Of a DNA stretch of 64,000 nucleotides, positions 1-12,290 are shown in pieces. The number at the start of each line of letters is the position of its first letter. Position 1 is the stretch's first letter. The notes under the pieces were generated by a model. That model did no database searches. It worked only from the letters and a program-made list of their open reading frames with translations, and was not told the DNA's origin. Made by a program: the position numbers and the translations under genes. Source of the stretch: Octopus vulgaris (taxonomy: Eukaryota). The DNA lies in the NCBI GenBank assembly GCA_951406725.2, contig OX597814.1:192200001-192264000 (forward strand), in the 5' to 3' direction.

Positions 1-1346
1 ATTGGTAGTTTTATACAAAATCAGTTGTTATTTCACTTGTATATTTTCTCGGTATAATAACAAGTATATTAATCCAATCTGTTTTGCTCTTTATGCGAAC
101 ACATGTTAGTAAGATCAGTTTCATTCAGCTCTCTAACTTCGCTTTTATTACTAATAGCTACTTTTATTGGCAGTTTTCATTTATTACTAATAGCTACACT
201 TATATAAACAGTTTTCATAAAATTTCACTATAAGCAACTCAAAATGGAAAATGCTTCAATAACGATAGACATTTTAACAGAACTTTCATGTTAACATTTT
301 TTCCCCCTATCTTGCAAAATTGAAAACAGCTTCAATAAAAACAAGTTCACTGAACAGAATTTGCCATCTGCTAATGAGCTTCTTATATCAATCATTAACA
401 CTTGCTACTCTAGTTAGTTTGCTCTTGTTGACTAAGCTTAGCTGCTGCAGACAACAGAGATAATTAATTTTATTCTTTATTGTTCTAGCATTGATTTATC
501 AACTTTGTATTTTCAAATGATCGTGATTGGTAAAAATTTTAATGAATGGAAAAGATCAGTTTCTCATTCTTTTGTCACTTTATTTTATTTCCATGTGCAT
601 TTGTTAGTAATCTTCACAAACAGCTAAAAAAATTTGTTTCCCCTTTAGTTTTTTTAAAATATTAGTTCCAAGTTAAATATGTGTATATTTGCACTTTTTT
701 TATTTTTGCATTTGCATTGTATGTATTTCTGTGAAATGCTAAAATGAATTTTTTTTTTTTGTGATGATGATGATGTGTGTATACACTTGTAAATTATTCT
801 TTCTGTTTTTATAAATTTTGTAAGGAAAATAATTTAATAGAATATTCATGTTTTTACATATAATCTTTTACAGCTGAAACTGCTTTTATGAAATGATTTA
901 AATTAGTTTTGTAATAAAATACTTATATATCTCTAATTCAGTTGGCATAGCTTGTGTATATGCCTGCATGTTCATGTGCATGTATGTATACACAATGTAG
1001 TTTTATTTTTATTTTGAATATCTTTTATGGTAATGCAGTTTCTAAAATACTTTGTCTAACAGTCATTTTCTTCAGAAAGCATTAAATTCTAATGAACATA
1101 ATTTTTTTACTGTATATTCTCTATTATGCATTTAATTATTTACAGTGTATTTTTCAAACTATATTTCTTATCTAATATTTAAATTGTGTATTTTGATATT
1201 GAAATCTGATGTGATTTTTGTATAGTACTTTTCTTGGGATTTTTTTTCTTTCTACCACCAAAACAGATTAATTTTGTTGTGAAATATCCATTTAATGCTA
1301 ACATAATATATACACACTTTGAAATTTCGTGTTTTTCACTTTGCAG

Positions 1347-1688
1347 ACTGTTCAGCTATATTAATTCAAAGGAAGAAAATCCTAGAGAAAAAACAAAAAA
1401 ATGTGATATCCAATCACAAAGTAAACCCAATCACTAATAATGCTAAGTCAAGTTATTCACTTACAGCCGCTGCCAAGAACACTGGTCTCCAAAATAATTT
1501 GCCTGTTTTCTCAAAAACTCTTCCAGCTAATATTTCTCATAGCAATGATCTTAGTCATGGTCTTAGCTACAATCAAACTAACAGTAATTCTGTAAACAAT
1601 AATGAATTTAACAAGCCAACAGACTGGTATATAAAACGGGGCCTTAATGAGTCTAACACACGTTGGATTTCAAATCTGAAGAAAAAGG
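1347..1688 (+). CDS. Putative internal coding exon A (114 codons, Asn/Ser-rich, phase 1-1); gene assignment uncertain
   Basis: Acceptor ttttcactttgcag|AC, with an in-frame alternative ttcag| at 1355. Donor AAGG|gtataa. Open frame in ORF 1319..1870, ending RWISNLKKKG. Length 342 = 3n. Confidence 0.55.
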
Positions 1689-1943
1689 GTATAATTATTA
1701 TTATCGTTTGTAGCTTAGTTAACCCTTGCCTATTCAGTGAGTTTTTCATCAGCTTTGCACTAAAAATGATTTTTAACCTCTTCACCTGTTTTAAATTAAA
1801 ATTTTTTTTGTGTGTTTTTCATTTTAGCTTTTCCCTATATATTTTTAGTATTTACCCTAGTGCAAATTAGTTATTTTATAGACACTGATGTGGCTGTATG
1901 ATAAGAAGTTTGCTTCCCAGCCACATGGTTTCTGGTTCAGTCC

Positions 1944-2179
1944 AGAAAGGCGGCAAGCTGGCAGAAACGTTAGCACGCCAGGCGAAATGCTTAGCGGTAT
2001 TTCGTCTGCGTTACGTTGTGAGTTCAAATTCCGCCGAGGTTGACTTTGCCTTTCATCCTTTCGGGGTCGATAAATTAAGTACCAGTTACGCACTGGGGTC
2101 GATGTAATCGACTTAATACCTATGTCTGTCCTTGTTTGTCCCCTCTGTGTTTAGCCCCTTGTGGGTAGTAAAGAAATAA
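1944..2179 (+). mobile_element. SINE family B (ggcggcgagctggcagaa...ctttcatcctttcggggtcgataaa...taaagaaata) inserted in an older family A SINE
   Basis: 16-bp TSD gtttctggttcagtcc at 1928-1943 and 2180-2195. There are many homologous copies in the window. Confidence 0.85.
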
Positions 2180-2417
2180 GTTTCTGGTTCAGTCCCACTG
2201 CACAGCTACACAGGAAAGTGTCTGCTATCATAGCTCCAGGCTGACCAAATCCTTGTGAGAGGATTTGGTAGACAGAAGCTGAAAGAAGCCTGACAAATGT
2301 GTATGTGTGTGTATGAGAGTATGTATGTATGTGTATAAATGTGTGCAAGTGTTACTGTTCTCTTGTCTTGATATTGTATGACAGTTGTAAATGAGTGTCA
2401 CTGTCTTTCATTTCCAG

Positions 2418-2975
2418 GTCTTCATGGGTCTACCTCTTCCACAGGTTCCCTCTACTGCTAGGGTGTGACACTTTCACACAGCTGTCGTCATCCGTATGCA
2501 ACACATGACCATACCTGCAGTTGTCTCTCTTGCACACCACATCTGATGCTTCTTAAGTCCAACTTTTCTCTCAGGGTGCTTACACTCTTTCATGTATGCA
2601 CACTGACATTACACATCCAGCAGAGCATACTGGCTTTGTTCCTTGCAAGCTTATGCATGTCCTCAGCAGTCACAGCCCATGCTTCACTGCCATGTAGCAT
2701 GGCTATTTGTAGACATGCGTCATACAGTCTACCTTTTACTCTGAGCAAGAGACCCTTTGTCGCCAGCAGAGGTAGGAGGTCTCTGAACTTTGCCCGGGCT
2801 ATTCTTTTTCTAGCAACTACACTTTCAGAGCATCCACTGCCACTACTGACTTGGTCACCTAGGTAACAGAAGCTATCAACTACTTGTAGTCTTTCCCCCT
2901 GGAGTGTGATGGAAGGTGTTTTCTGCACATTTTCAGTGTTTATTGCTCCTGAGCATTTTCCATGCATATGTATAT
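2418..2975 (-). mobile_element. RTE-clade LINE ORF2 C-terminal fragment
   Basis: ORF 2590..3021 has VVDSFCYLGD...RIARAKFRDL...KGRLYDAC...MLHGSEAW, the RTE post-RT region. Confidence 0.8.
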
Positions 2976-3259
2976 ATAGCGTGCTGTGCCTGAGAGGACC
3001 CATTAAGCCAAGCGCACCCATGCTGGTGGCATGTAGAGATTACTTTTCGAGCATTGGACCTCACAGAGGCAAAGTGGTTGAGTTCCTTTTGAGCGTTGGG
3101 CCTCATGGAGGCAAAGTGTCTGTGTCCCTTTCGATTGTTGGGCCTTTGGCAATTATGTTGTGCTTGAGAAGAAATCCCATCAAGCCAAGCAAAATCATAA
3201 TTGTAGCAGATACTGGTGTCATGCAAATTGCCACATAAACACACCCTGATGTCACTCAA

Positions 3260-3458
3260 ATGGCACCCATGCCAGTGGCACGTAAAAGCACCCATTACAC
3301 TCTTGGAGTGGTTGGCATTAGGAAGAGCATCCAGCCATGGAAAACCATGCCAAATTAGACTGGAGTCTTGTGCAGCCCTCCAGCATGCCTGTCCAGTCAA
3401 ACCGTTCAACCCATGCCAGCATGGTTAACAGACGTTAAATGATGATGTTGATGATGAT
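3260..3458 (+). mobile_element. SINE-like family C 3' part (gttggcattaggaagggcatccagc...ccatgccagcatgg...ttaaatgatgatg)
   Basis: Repeated many times in both orientations (e.g. near 10240, 23960, 34650, 41520, 43230, 58200, 60590). Ends in a (GAT)n tail. Confidence 0.75.
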
Positions 3459-4010
3459 AAACATCTTACTTTTCATGTAGTCACTAATGATCATATAGAA
3501 CTAATTGTGACACTTAATCCTTCCATCTGGGCCACAAACATTTGAGATTTTCCAGATTTCTGCTCTGCAAAAGTAGAAACAAATTCAGGAAACTTGTTAG
3601 ATATATTGTTTTCTCTATCAGTGTTTTACAGCTCTAGTTACAAGCTCATTGGGATCGTCTCTCAAGTGGACGTGTATGTTTTGAGTGTGGATAAGTTTGA
3701 CGTACAAAGGATAGCATTTAGATAGATTTCATTTTGTAATTAAGTAGATATAAGAGCAAGTACTTTGAGTGTTTACGTTCCTCAGTACTGAAGTCAATAC
3801 AACACAAGTTTACAAATTAAGTTTTTATACCCCAGCACATATTTAGATACCAGCATTCCTCTTCCTGATCATCATCTCACTCTCACATCTATATATATAT
3901 ATATTTCGATGATGATGATTTCGTTTTTGGATTTGGTTTGCAAGATTCTTTATATGAGTTTGTGTGTTGAAGCATATTCTGTTGTGTCTGGGGAGAGTAT
4001 ATATGTCTGT

Positions 4011-4329
4011 GTGTGTGTGTGTATATATATATATACACTGTTGTGTCTGGGAGAGTCATTTTCTTTTGTGCTTTATGATTTAACACACTCACCGGTAAAA
4101 TTTCCACTTATTTCTTATTTTTATTTTCCTAAAATTTTCGTTGCGTCTTGCAACCTTTTCAATAGTCTTGACTCAATGTATTTATGTATATATGACTATT
4201 GAAAAGGTTGCAAGGCGCAACGAAAATTTTAGGAAAATAAAAATAAGAAATAAGTGGAAATTTTACCGGTGAGTGTGTTAAATCATAAAGCACAAAAAGA
4301 AAATGACTCTCCCCAGACACAACAGTGTG

Positions 4330-4362
<33 letters not shown>
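4011..4362. repeat. Long near-perfect inverted repeat (about 155-bp arms, 26-bp spacer); probably inverted Penelope-like terminal fragments
   Basis: 4011-4167 is the reverse complement of 4194 to about 4362. Flanked by (TA)/(TG) microsatellite. Confidence 0.85.
4196..4232 (+). ncRNA. Minimal type I hammerhead ribozyme-like fold, U3-A8 variant (mirror copy on the - strand at 4129-4165)
   Basis: CTA-TTGAAAA-G-GTTGC-AAGGC-GCAAC-GAAA-ATTT-TAG. Stem I CUA/UAG, stem II GUUGC/GCAAC, palindromic stem III AAUU. Confidence 0.4.
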
Positions 4363-4363
<1 letters not shown>

Positions 4364-4786
4364 TAAATAATGTAGTAATGATAACAGTTATATAAATATC
4401 AAATTTTGTTCTCAGTGTGAATCAGATAATAATAATAGAGATAATTATGTAATTAGTTCTATTTGTTCTAATGGCAATTCTCCCCATGTTCCTCTTACTT
4501 TATCATTTCTAAATAAGAAGCATTTTCTTGTAAGAAGTCTAATTTCTTAGAGAAATTATTATTGTTGTCTTTTGAATCTTTTCTTTACTCGTTTAATTTA
4601 CAATATTCATTTTCTTTTGTAATTAGAAATAAATAATTTATTTTGCATTAGTTTTAATTATAGAAATATCTAACATAATTAACATATTTGTTTTCAACCC
4701 AGATTAGTTTTATTTTCTTAACTAATTAATGTTTTTTTTCTCATATTTCCTGAACTGCCTATAACTTAACGATTTACCAATTTCAG

Positions 4787-5470
4787 TTCGTCGGCTATCG
4801 GCGTTTTCCTTTCCTGTGATGACATCTTCCAAGTCCAGCTTTGAAATCACACCAAATATGCAATATTCTTCTCAAACATCTTCAGTGCCTCAACATTCTC
4901 CTAACCAATATGTAGCCCACTTAAAAACAACAAAAGCAGATACATCACCATCATCGTCCCATTATGCATCACCAGTGTCTCATCAGAATAAGAGCTCTGT
5001 TATTATTAACAAACCTGAAAAGACTCAGCAGATGGAATCAGAAATTATCACTACTCCATCTTCTAGAATTAATCAAGATATCTCTAATGATATAAGTAAT
5101 ACTAGCCTTACTAGCTCTGATAATTATCTGTCTCCCTATCAGTATTCTAAACCATATTCTTCTCAGAGTGTTGAGAATAATATCAATGTTCCCTCAGCAG
5201 TACCAGCACCACCATTGATTGAACAGATCCAAGCCAATTTGAAAAAGCTAAAACATAGTTCTCCTAAAATGGCCAAAGCTAGGACTAGCAGTGGAAATAA
5301 ATCCAACTTGAAAATTATTCAAGGTTCTCCTTACCATACGTCATCGAAAGCGGCCAAAACACTAGAACAGCAGCTTCATTGTCTGCGCAAGACCTCAATC
5401 AACCGTAAGACTACATCTTTCGAACCTTCGGCACCAGTCTCTGAATGGAAACAGAAGTTGAAAATGGATG
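4787..5470 (+). CDS. Putative internal coding exon B (228 codons, Ser/Pro-rich with two WH2-like motifs, phase 1-1)
   Basis: Acceptor tttcag|TT and donor GATG|gtatac. A 684-nt open frame in otherwise stop-rich DNA. Motifs LIEQIQANLKKLKHS and LEQQLHCLRKTS. Confidence 0.65.
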
Positions 5471-7964
5471 GTATACAATGCACAGTTATTAGTTTTAGAG
5501 TTTTGTCGTTGGCACTTTGCATAAGCGTATAATTAATTACAGAATTTCCCATCTTCTTGAACACTCACACAAACATGTTACCGCCTTGCAAAACTAGTAT
5601 TCAGTAAGAACTAGCTAACTTTTTATAGCTGTGTTTATCTCTCTCTCTCTCTTATTTATAAGTTGTTTATAATTTAACCTTTAAAGGTATTTTTTAATAT
5701 GCTGACCATTGATAAAATTTTTTTTCGAAAAATTTTATCCTACATTAGATATATATATATATTACTTTATATAATTACAAGTATAATTATAATTAGGGTT
5801 CAGCAAAATAAAAAATTTGCTTTGCCACATACCGAGCTTTTAGAAATAGCAGCCAGAGAACTTAGCTATTTCTTCTACTGTAAGAAAGATCTCCCAGACA
5901 ATGTATACTCAAAAACTATTCACGTAGGCATAGAGGAAAAAATAACAAAAATTCACCAAACAAGAATATTATTGATAGTAACTTCAAAGTCACTATCAAC
6001 AATGTTCTTGCTTAAGACTAATAAACTCTACAAAAGTATAGAGTAACCTCTGAGATTAATGTAAAATTGTTTTTATTACAAGTAAACATAAAAACAACTA
6101 TTATGGACATGGCTACATGTCTCAAGCTGGTGTCATGAGAAATGCTTCTTGTACACTATGTAAGGTGGATGGTGCTAAGAAGGACATCCAGCCATAGAAA
6201 CCAAGTCAAAACAGAAACCTGAGTGAGAGGAGGTCTTCCAACCCTCTAGGCAAGCAGTGCTCCTGAGTATATGCTGACTCAGACCATGTGATCCATCTAC
6301 CCCATGCTAGCATGAAAAGCAGACATAATATGACATATATGTATATAAATATATATATATGTCGTCATATTATATAATATTATATAATAATCAGTTGCTG
6401 GAAACAAACAGCAAAGTTGGTGCTAATGTACCCAGCATGATGAGTCAATTAATTTTAATTAGTTAAAAATTTCCTTGCTCACTACATTGTATATGTATGT
6501 GTGTTGATGCCTTCTTTACTATTTTTGTTATTTCTGTTGACTGAGAAAAGGCTTTTTGATCAGACTTATGGTAAATGTAATGCTATGAACTGATTGATGA
6601 ATGGTTTTTCTTTCAAAAGCCTTTAAAATAATTTATCCTTATGAATATGAATATTTTCCATGCTGTACCAAAGTTTTCTGTGTGATCTACAATGTGTTGG
6701 TTTATAAACCTTCGCAGACATAATTGATAAATCTCAAGTGTGTTGGATTGGCAGAATCGGACAAAATACCTTTGTGCTGTTTAGTTGCATACAACTCTTA
6801 ATGTTCCGAGTCTAAATCTTGCTGAGATCAGCTTTGCCTTTCTATCAAGGTGAATTAACTAAATTACCAATTGTGTACTAACGTTAATAGTATTGACTAA
6901 ACCCATCCCTTCATAATGGCTGTTCTTTTGCCTTCCGTAGAAATAATTATTTATATACTTAAAAAACCTTGTGAACAATGTGTTCATAATGCTAAACCAA
7001 CAAGATTGATGTTTACCCTTTTAATTTCAGTATCAGTTTATCTTAATGAGAAATAATTTAAGCTACAAGTAATAAAGATTTTAATATTATTTTATTTTAA
7101 GGATAGTGAGTGACTAAAACAACAGAGAGAGAGAATGATGGATTAACTATTTTGTAGTATTTAGTTACACAGTTTTATATTTGAGTTCAAATCCTTCCTA
7201 AGCCTTTTCGCCCTCCTAGGGTTAAAAAACTTATTTACCAGTAGATACTGTTGTCAGTTTAGCCATTCCTACCTTCTTCCAAAATCTGTGGGACTGAACT
7301 TGTCAGAAATCAACATAAATTTATTATTGATTTTTCTTTTAATTAGTATGTGTATGTAATTTTTTTTGCTTGGTACATCATTATAGAAACTTTGGAAGCT
7401 GTAGACTTTTCAAAGTGTGACTGATTTCTTTGCCTGTGTTAGTAGATGCTAACATATGCCCACCACACTGACATGTCAACATAGCAGCAAAAGATTTAAT
7501 GCCAGCTTTAAAGACTTAATAACTACAGATTCCCATAAAGTTTTACACTAAGAAATTGTTCAACCTATTATCTGTATCATTGGTTCTAAATCATTTTTTG
7601 CCTATAGTCCCCTTTCACTTTACTGAACCTCCATTGCCATTCAATATGTATTTAAAAAAATCCTTCTGTATTTTATAATTAAATGTTATTAGGAACTACA
7701 TAAAAAAAGTAAAGTATTTTGTGCATTGTAGAAGTGTAAACAACTTATTATTCATAAATTTTAACAACAAAATCTTACATGAATTCCCAAGAGTCATGTA
7801 GACCCAATTGAGAACTATTGGTCTATATTGTTGTGGGCTTTTTTTTTTTTTTTTTTGAAACAGTAGTAATTAATTTAAAGCTTATAGAATTGAGAATCTA
7901 TGTTTTTATAATCTACCTCTCTGTTCTCTTTTTGATTATAATTTGAATAATTTAAAATTTTCAG

Positions 7965-8765
7965 CTCCCAGTTTCCATAGATTTTCTGCTTCCCGTTTGA
8001 ATATTCGCCAGCCTGGAACTCCCCGGCATCGTTCTGCAGCTATGTCTCATTTTAGACCTGTAGCTTCAACAAACACTCCGAACACTTACAATTTGACTAA
8101 ACCTTCTTCAAATATTGTTGCAACTAACTCCACTAATGTTTTAACTGTTGCTGCTAAATTTTCTAACTTCGACCAACAGCAAGTATATCCAAAAGAGACT
8201 AAGAAAGAATGTATCATCTACGAAAAACCTCAACTGTCCTCCCAAAAGTATAAAAGTCCAGTAACTAGTATTTATGAATCTGCAGCAGTTTTTGAACAAC
8301 CCAAAAATTCAGCATACAAACTACCTAAACAGTTTTCACAACAATCTACAGTATCACAAACAACTTCTGAGGAAAAACCGGCAGAATTTCTGGAAGTTAC
8401 TCTGAAATCAACAAAGTTTTCAACTTTATTTTATGGTGCTAAAAAAGATCCCAAGAAGGATTTCACACCATTCGGAAATTACAACCGATCACCTTACGGG
8501 AACCCGTCTTTATTTAAGAGTAATAATAATCTAAACCCGTATGCAAGATCCGTTTCCTACCATGGGCTACTTTCAGAAGCTTCCTACTCAAAGTCTTCAC
8601 AAAGCTCAGGCAGTTATTTCCAACCAATTGGTTCATTCTTCCAGCCTTCGTTTATGTCCCATTCTGAGAGAGGATATTCAGAAAATACCTATCAAATGTC
8701 AGCTTCGGCACCATCACTGGTTCAAAATCGTATCAAATGGGCACGGAACATGTCTTCATTTGATG
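7965..8765 (+). CDS. Putative internal coding exon C (267 codons, Ser/Tyr-rich, phase 1-1)
   Basis: Acceptor aattttcag|CT and donor GATG|gtattg. An 801-nt open frame within ORF 7943..8977. Motifs EFLEVTLKST and SLVQNRIKW. Confidence 0.65.
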
Positions 8766-9678
8766 GTATTGTTCCTGTTGTGTTCCTTCCCCTTATGCAC
8801 ATAGTTTCCTTCTGCTATACAGCTCATTTCTACCCACTGTTTTGCATACAATCTAAAGGTTTAGTGGCAAAGCTTCAAACTCTGGCACCGAAAAGAGGGG
8901 GGGGAAAATACCAAAAAAATCACATAAACAGACCCAAGGTTGACTTCATGTTTTCACTCATAAAAAGTAATTTATAATTAATTATATCGTTATTGAGGTT
9001 AATAAGGATGTTGGAGTATCATCATTAAAATTGAGGTTATTTAATTGCATTCTTTTCTAATCTGAGCAAAAATCATGATTAAACCGACTTACCCATGAGT
9101 TGATTAGATAATTATTTGTAACATAGTAAAATACCCTGAGTTGGCAGAATTGTTGGCATGCTGGGCAAAATGCTTAGTGGCACTTCATTAATTCTTTTAT
9201 TCTTGTGACTGCGGCCATGCTGGGGCACTGCCTTTTAGTTGAGTAAATCGACCCCAGGACTTATTCTTTGTAAGTCCAGTACTTATTCTATCAGTCTCTT
9301 TTGCCGAACCGCAATGGACTTCCATACAGTTTCTGTCTACCACTCACAAGGCATTGCTCAGTCTAAGGCTATGGTAGAAGGTACTTGCCCATAGTGCTGC
9401 ACAGTGGAACTGAACTCAAAACCACATAGTTGCAAAGCAAGCTTCTTTACCACATAGTCATGCTTATTGATAAAATGTCTGTAATGCTGCTATGGTAACC
9501 TTCTCTCTCTATATATATACCAGAGATCTTGTGTAATAATTAATGCGTCCTCCCTCCAAAGGTAATAGCTGACTTAAAATGGTTATGACTGAATCATAAC
9601 CATGCTTTGGCCTTCACTTGCGGTCTCTTTACAATTATTGATTGGTGCCTGTTTAATATTACTGGCTGTCTCAATACC

Positions 9679-9902
9679 TATTTCTTTACTACCCACAAGG
9701 GGCTAAAAACAGAGAGGACAAACAAGGACAGACAAACGGATTAAGTCAATTATATCGACCCAGTGCGTAACTGGTACTTAATTTATCGACCCTGAAAGGA
9801 TGAAAGGCAAAGTCGACCTCGGTGGAATTTGAACTCAGAACGTAGCAGCAGACAAAATATGGCTACGCATTTCGCCGGGCGTGCTAACGTTTCTTCCAGC
9901 TC
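9679..9902 (-). mobile_element. SINE family B
   Basis: Reverse complement of the 1949-2179 element, with TSD-like ctcaatacc on both sides. Confidence 0.8.
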
Positions 9903-10788
9903 AATACCAGTTGTGCTAGGTTGTCACTGATTGATAAGTGTAACTAGTAGTCTGTGCCTTTCTATATACAGTGAGGTAAAATGAACTGGCAAGAGTTAAG
10001 TACTCTTGCATGAGAGATGTTTAAGTGCTAATGATACATTATGAGCCATCAGTTGCTCATGTCCATTTGACTTCATTTACTTCTCTCACTTCAATTGATA
10101 TACAAGAACAACCAATTGTATTAGATTTGTGATTCACCATTGATGGTTTAAATGATTAATTCTAAGCCAAAATTAATCGACGTGTTTAACCAGCCAATTG
10201 CCAATTGATTAAAAAAACATTAGTTGGAAAATGAGAATCATCATCATCGTCATTTAACGTCCGCTTTCCATGCTAGCATGGTTGGACGATTTGACTAAGG
10301 GCTGGCGAACCAGATGGCTGCGCCAGGCTCCAATCTGATCTGGCAGGATTTGTACAGCTGGATGCCCTTCCTAATGCCAACCACTCCAAGAGTGTAGTGG
10401 AACTCTGAGAGTGTAGTGGCACTCCGAGAGTGTAGTGAATATAAAAATAAAGCAGTTAAGTAAAGAAATCTGAAAATTATATTTATATCAAGTAGTTTGT
10501 TGATGGTCACTAAGGAGCAAGGAATAAATTCCCACCCTGCTTCTCCGAGGACATAGTTTCAATTCCATGTAGAAACTAATTCATTCATGTGTGTGTAATA
10601 GACAATAAGCAAAATAAGAGATGACAAGGGTGGGACAAGTTTTAACAAATGTATTCCTTTGACATTTAAAAGGAAGAGAAAGAGTCTTGATGTTTCAGAC
10701 ATTAATCCATCTTTAAAAAATATAAAAATTGTGGGAAATGTGTGTGTGTGTGTGTGTGTGTGTGTTCGTGCATATGTTTAGATCCACA

Positions 10789-11170
10789 GGCGCAGGAGTG
10801 GCTGTGTGGTAAGTAGCTTGCTAACCAACCACATGGTTCCGGGTTCAGTCCCACTGCGTGGCATCTTGGGCAAGTGTCTTCTGCTATAGCCCCGGGCCGA
10901 CCAATGCCTTGTGAGTGGATTTGGTAGACGGAAACTGAAAGAAGCCTGTCGTATATATGTATATGTGTGTGTGTTTGTCCCCCCTAGCATTGCTTGACAA
11001 CCGATGCTGGTGTGTTTACGTCCCCGTCACTTAGCGGTTCGGCAAAGAGACCGATAGAATAAGTACTGGGCTTACAAAGAATAAGTCCCGGGGTCGATTT
11101 GCTCGACTAAAGGCGGTGCTCCAGCATGGCTGCAGTCGAATGACTGAAACAGGTAAAGAGTAAAGAGTAA
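10789..11170 (+). mobile_element. Full-length tRNA-derived SINE family A (about 380 bp)
   Basis: Head ggcgcaggagtggctgtgtggtaag...gggttcagtccc with Pol III A/B-box-like motifs, an internal TA/TG tract and a (gtaaaga)n tail. More than 10 copies in the window. Confidence 0.85.
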
Positions 11171-11785
11171 TGTATTTTCATTGATACTATTTAGCTAATA
11201 GTGATGACTTTTAATTCCGACATAAGTAAGCAAAAATATGTCACTTTAACAGTTCATGTGAAGTTGTGGAATAGTTGGCTTCATTTGTAAAAATAAGTGA
11301 GGGTCAATATTAGAAAGAGCTTCTAATCATAAAATGCTGCCTCTACAAGTCTTTTCTAATTCAAGCCAACATGGAAAAAGTAGTCATAAAAACGATGGTG
11401 ATGACTGATAGATATCAAGAGTGAAGAAGGAAAACCTATATACATGATCACGTGATTGACCAGACTATTGAATGTTGTACATTGCTGGTCACAATGCACT
11501 TTGCATTGTTTTAGCTTTCAAATAATGCCTCCTCGCTGGTTAGGTGAGCAGGCCAATATTCCTTCTGATCAGACGACTAGTCCATCACAGGGTTATTCAT
11601 TTACATCTTACATCTGAGTAGATTGGTGTGTTGTGAAATTATGCGTTTTGCTCAAGGACACAACATGCCACCTGGTTCGGGAATCAAACCCACAATCCAG
11701 CAATCATGAGTGTTATGCTCTAATCACTAGGTCATGCGACTTTATTCATATGTAAATAACAATTAGATTCAATAATAGTAGTATT

Positions 11786-12290
11786 GTGGAGGCGCGTGGC
11801 TTAGTGGTTAGGGTGTCAGCATCATGATCATAAGATTGTGGTTTCGATTCCTGGACAGGGCGACATGTTGTGTTCTTGATCTAAACACTTCATTTCACAT
11901 TGCTCCAGTCCACTCAGCTGGCAAAAATGAGTAACGCTGCGATGGACTGGCTTCCCATCCAGCTGGGGAACACATATACCATGGAAACCGGGCCCATGAA
12001 CCTGGCTAGGCTTTAAAAGGGCACACTTGTGGAGGCGTATGGCTTAGTGGTTAGGGTGTCAGCATCATGATCGTAAGATTGTGGTTTCGATTCCTTGACT
12101 GGGCGACGTGTTGTGTTCTTGATCTAAACGCTTCATTTCACATTGCTCCAGTCCACTCAGCTGGCAAAAATGAGTAATGCTGTGATGGACTGGCGTCCCG
12201 TCCAGCTGGGGAACACATATGCCATAGAAAAAAAGGAAACCGGGCCCATGAGCCTGGCTAGGCTTTAAAAGGGCGCAAGAAAGAAGAAAG
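11786..12290 (+). mobile_element. Head-to-tail dimer of tRNA-derived SINE family D
   Basis: Two monomers of about 245 bp start gtggaggcg..tggcttagtggttagg at 11786 and 12029. A single TSD aatagtagtatt lies at 11774-11785 and 12291-12302. Confidence 0.85.
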
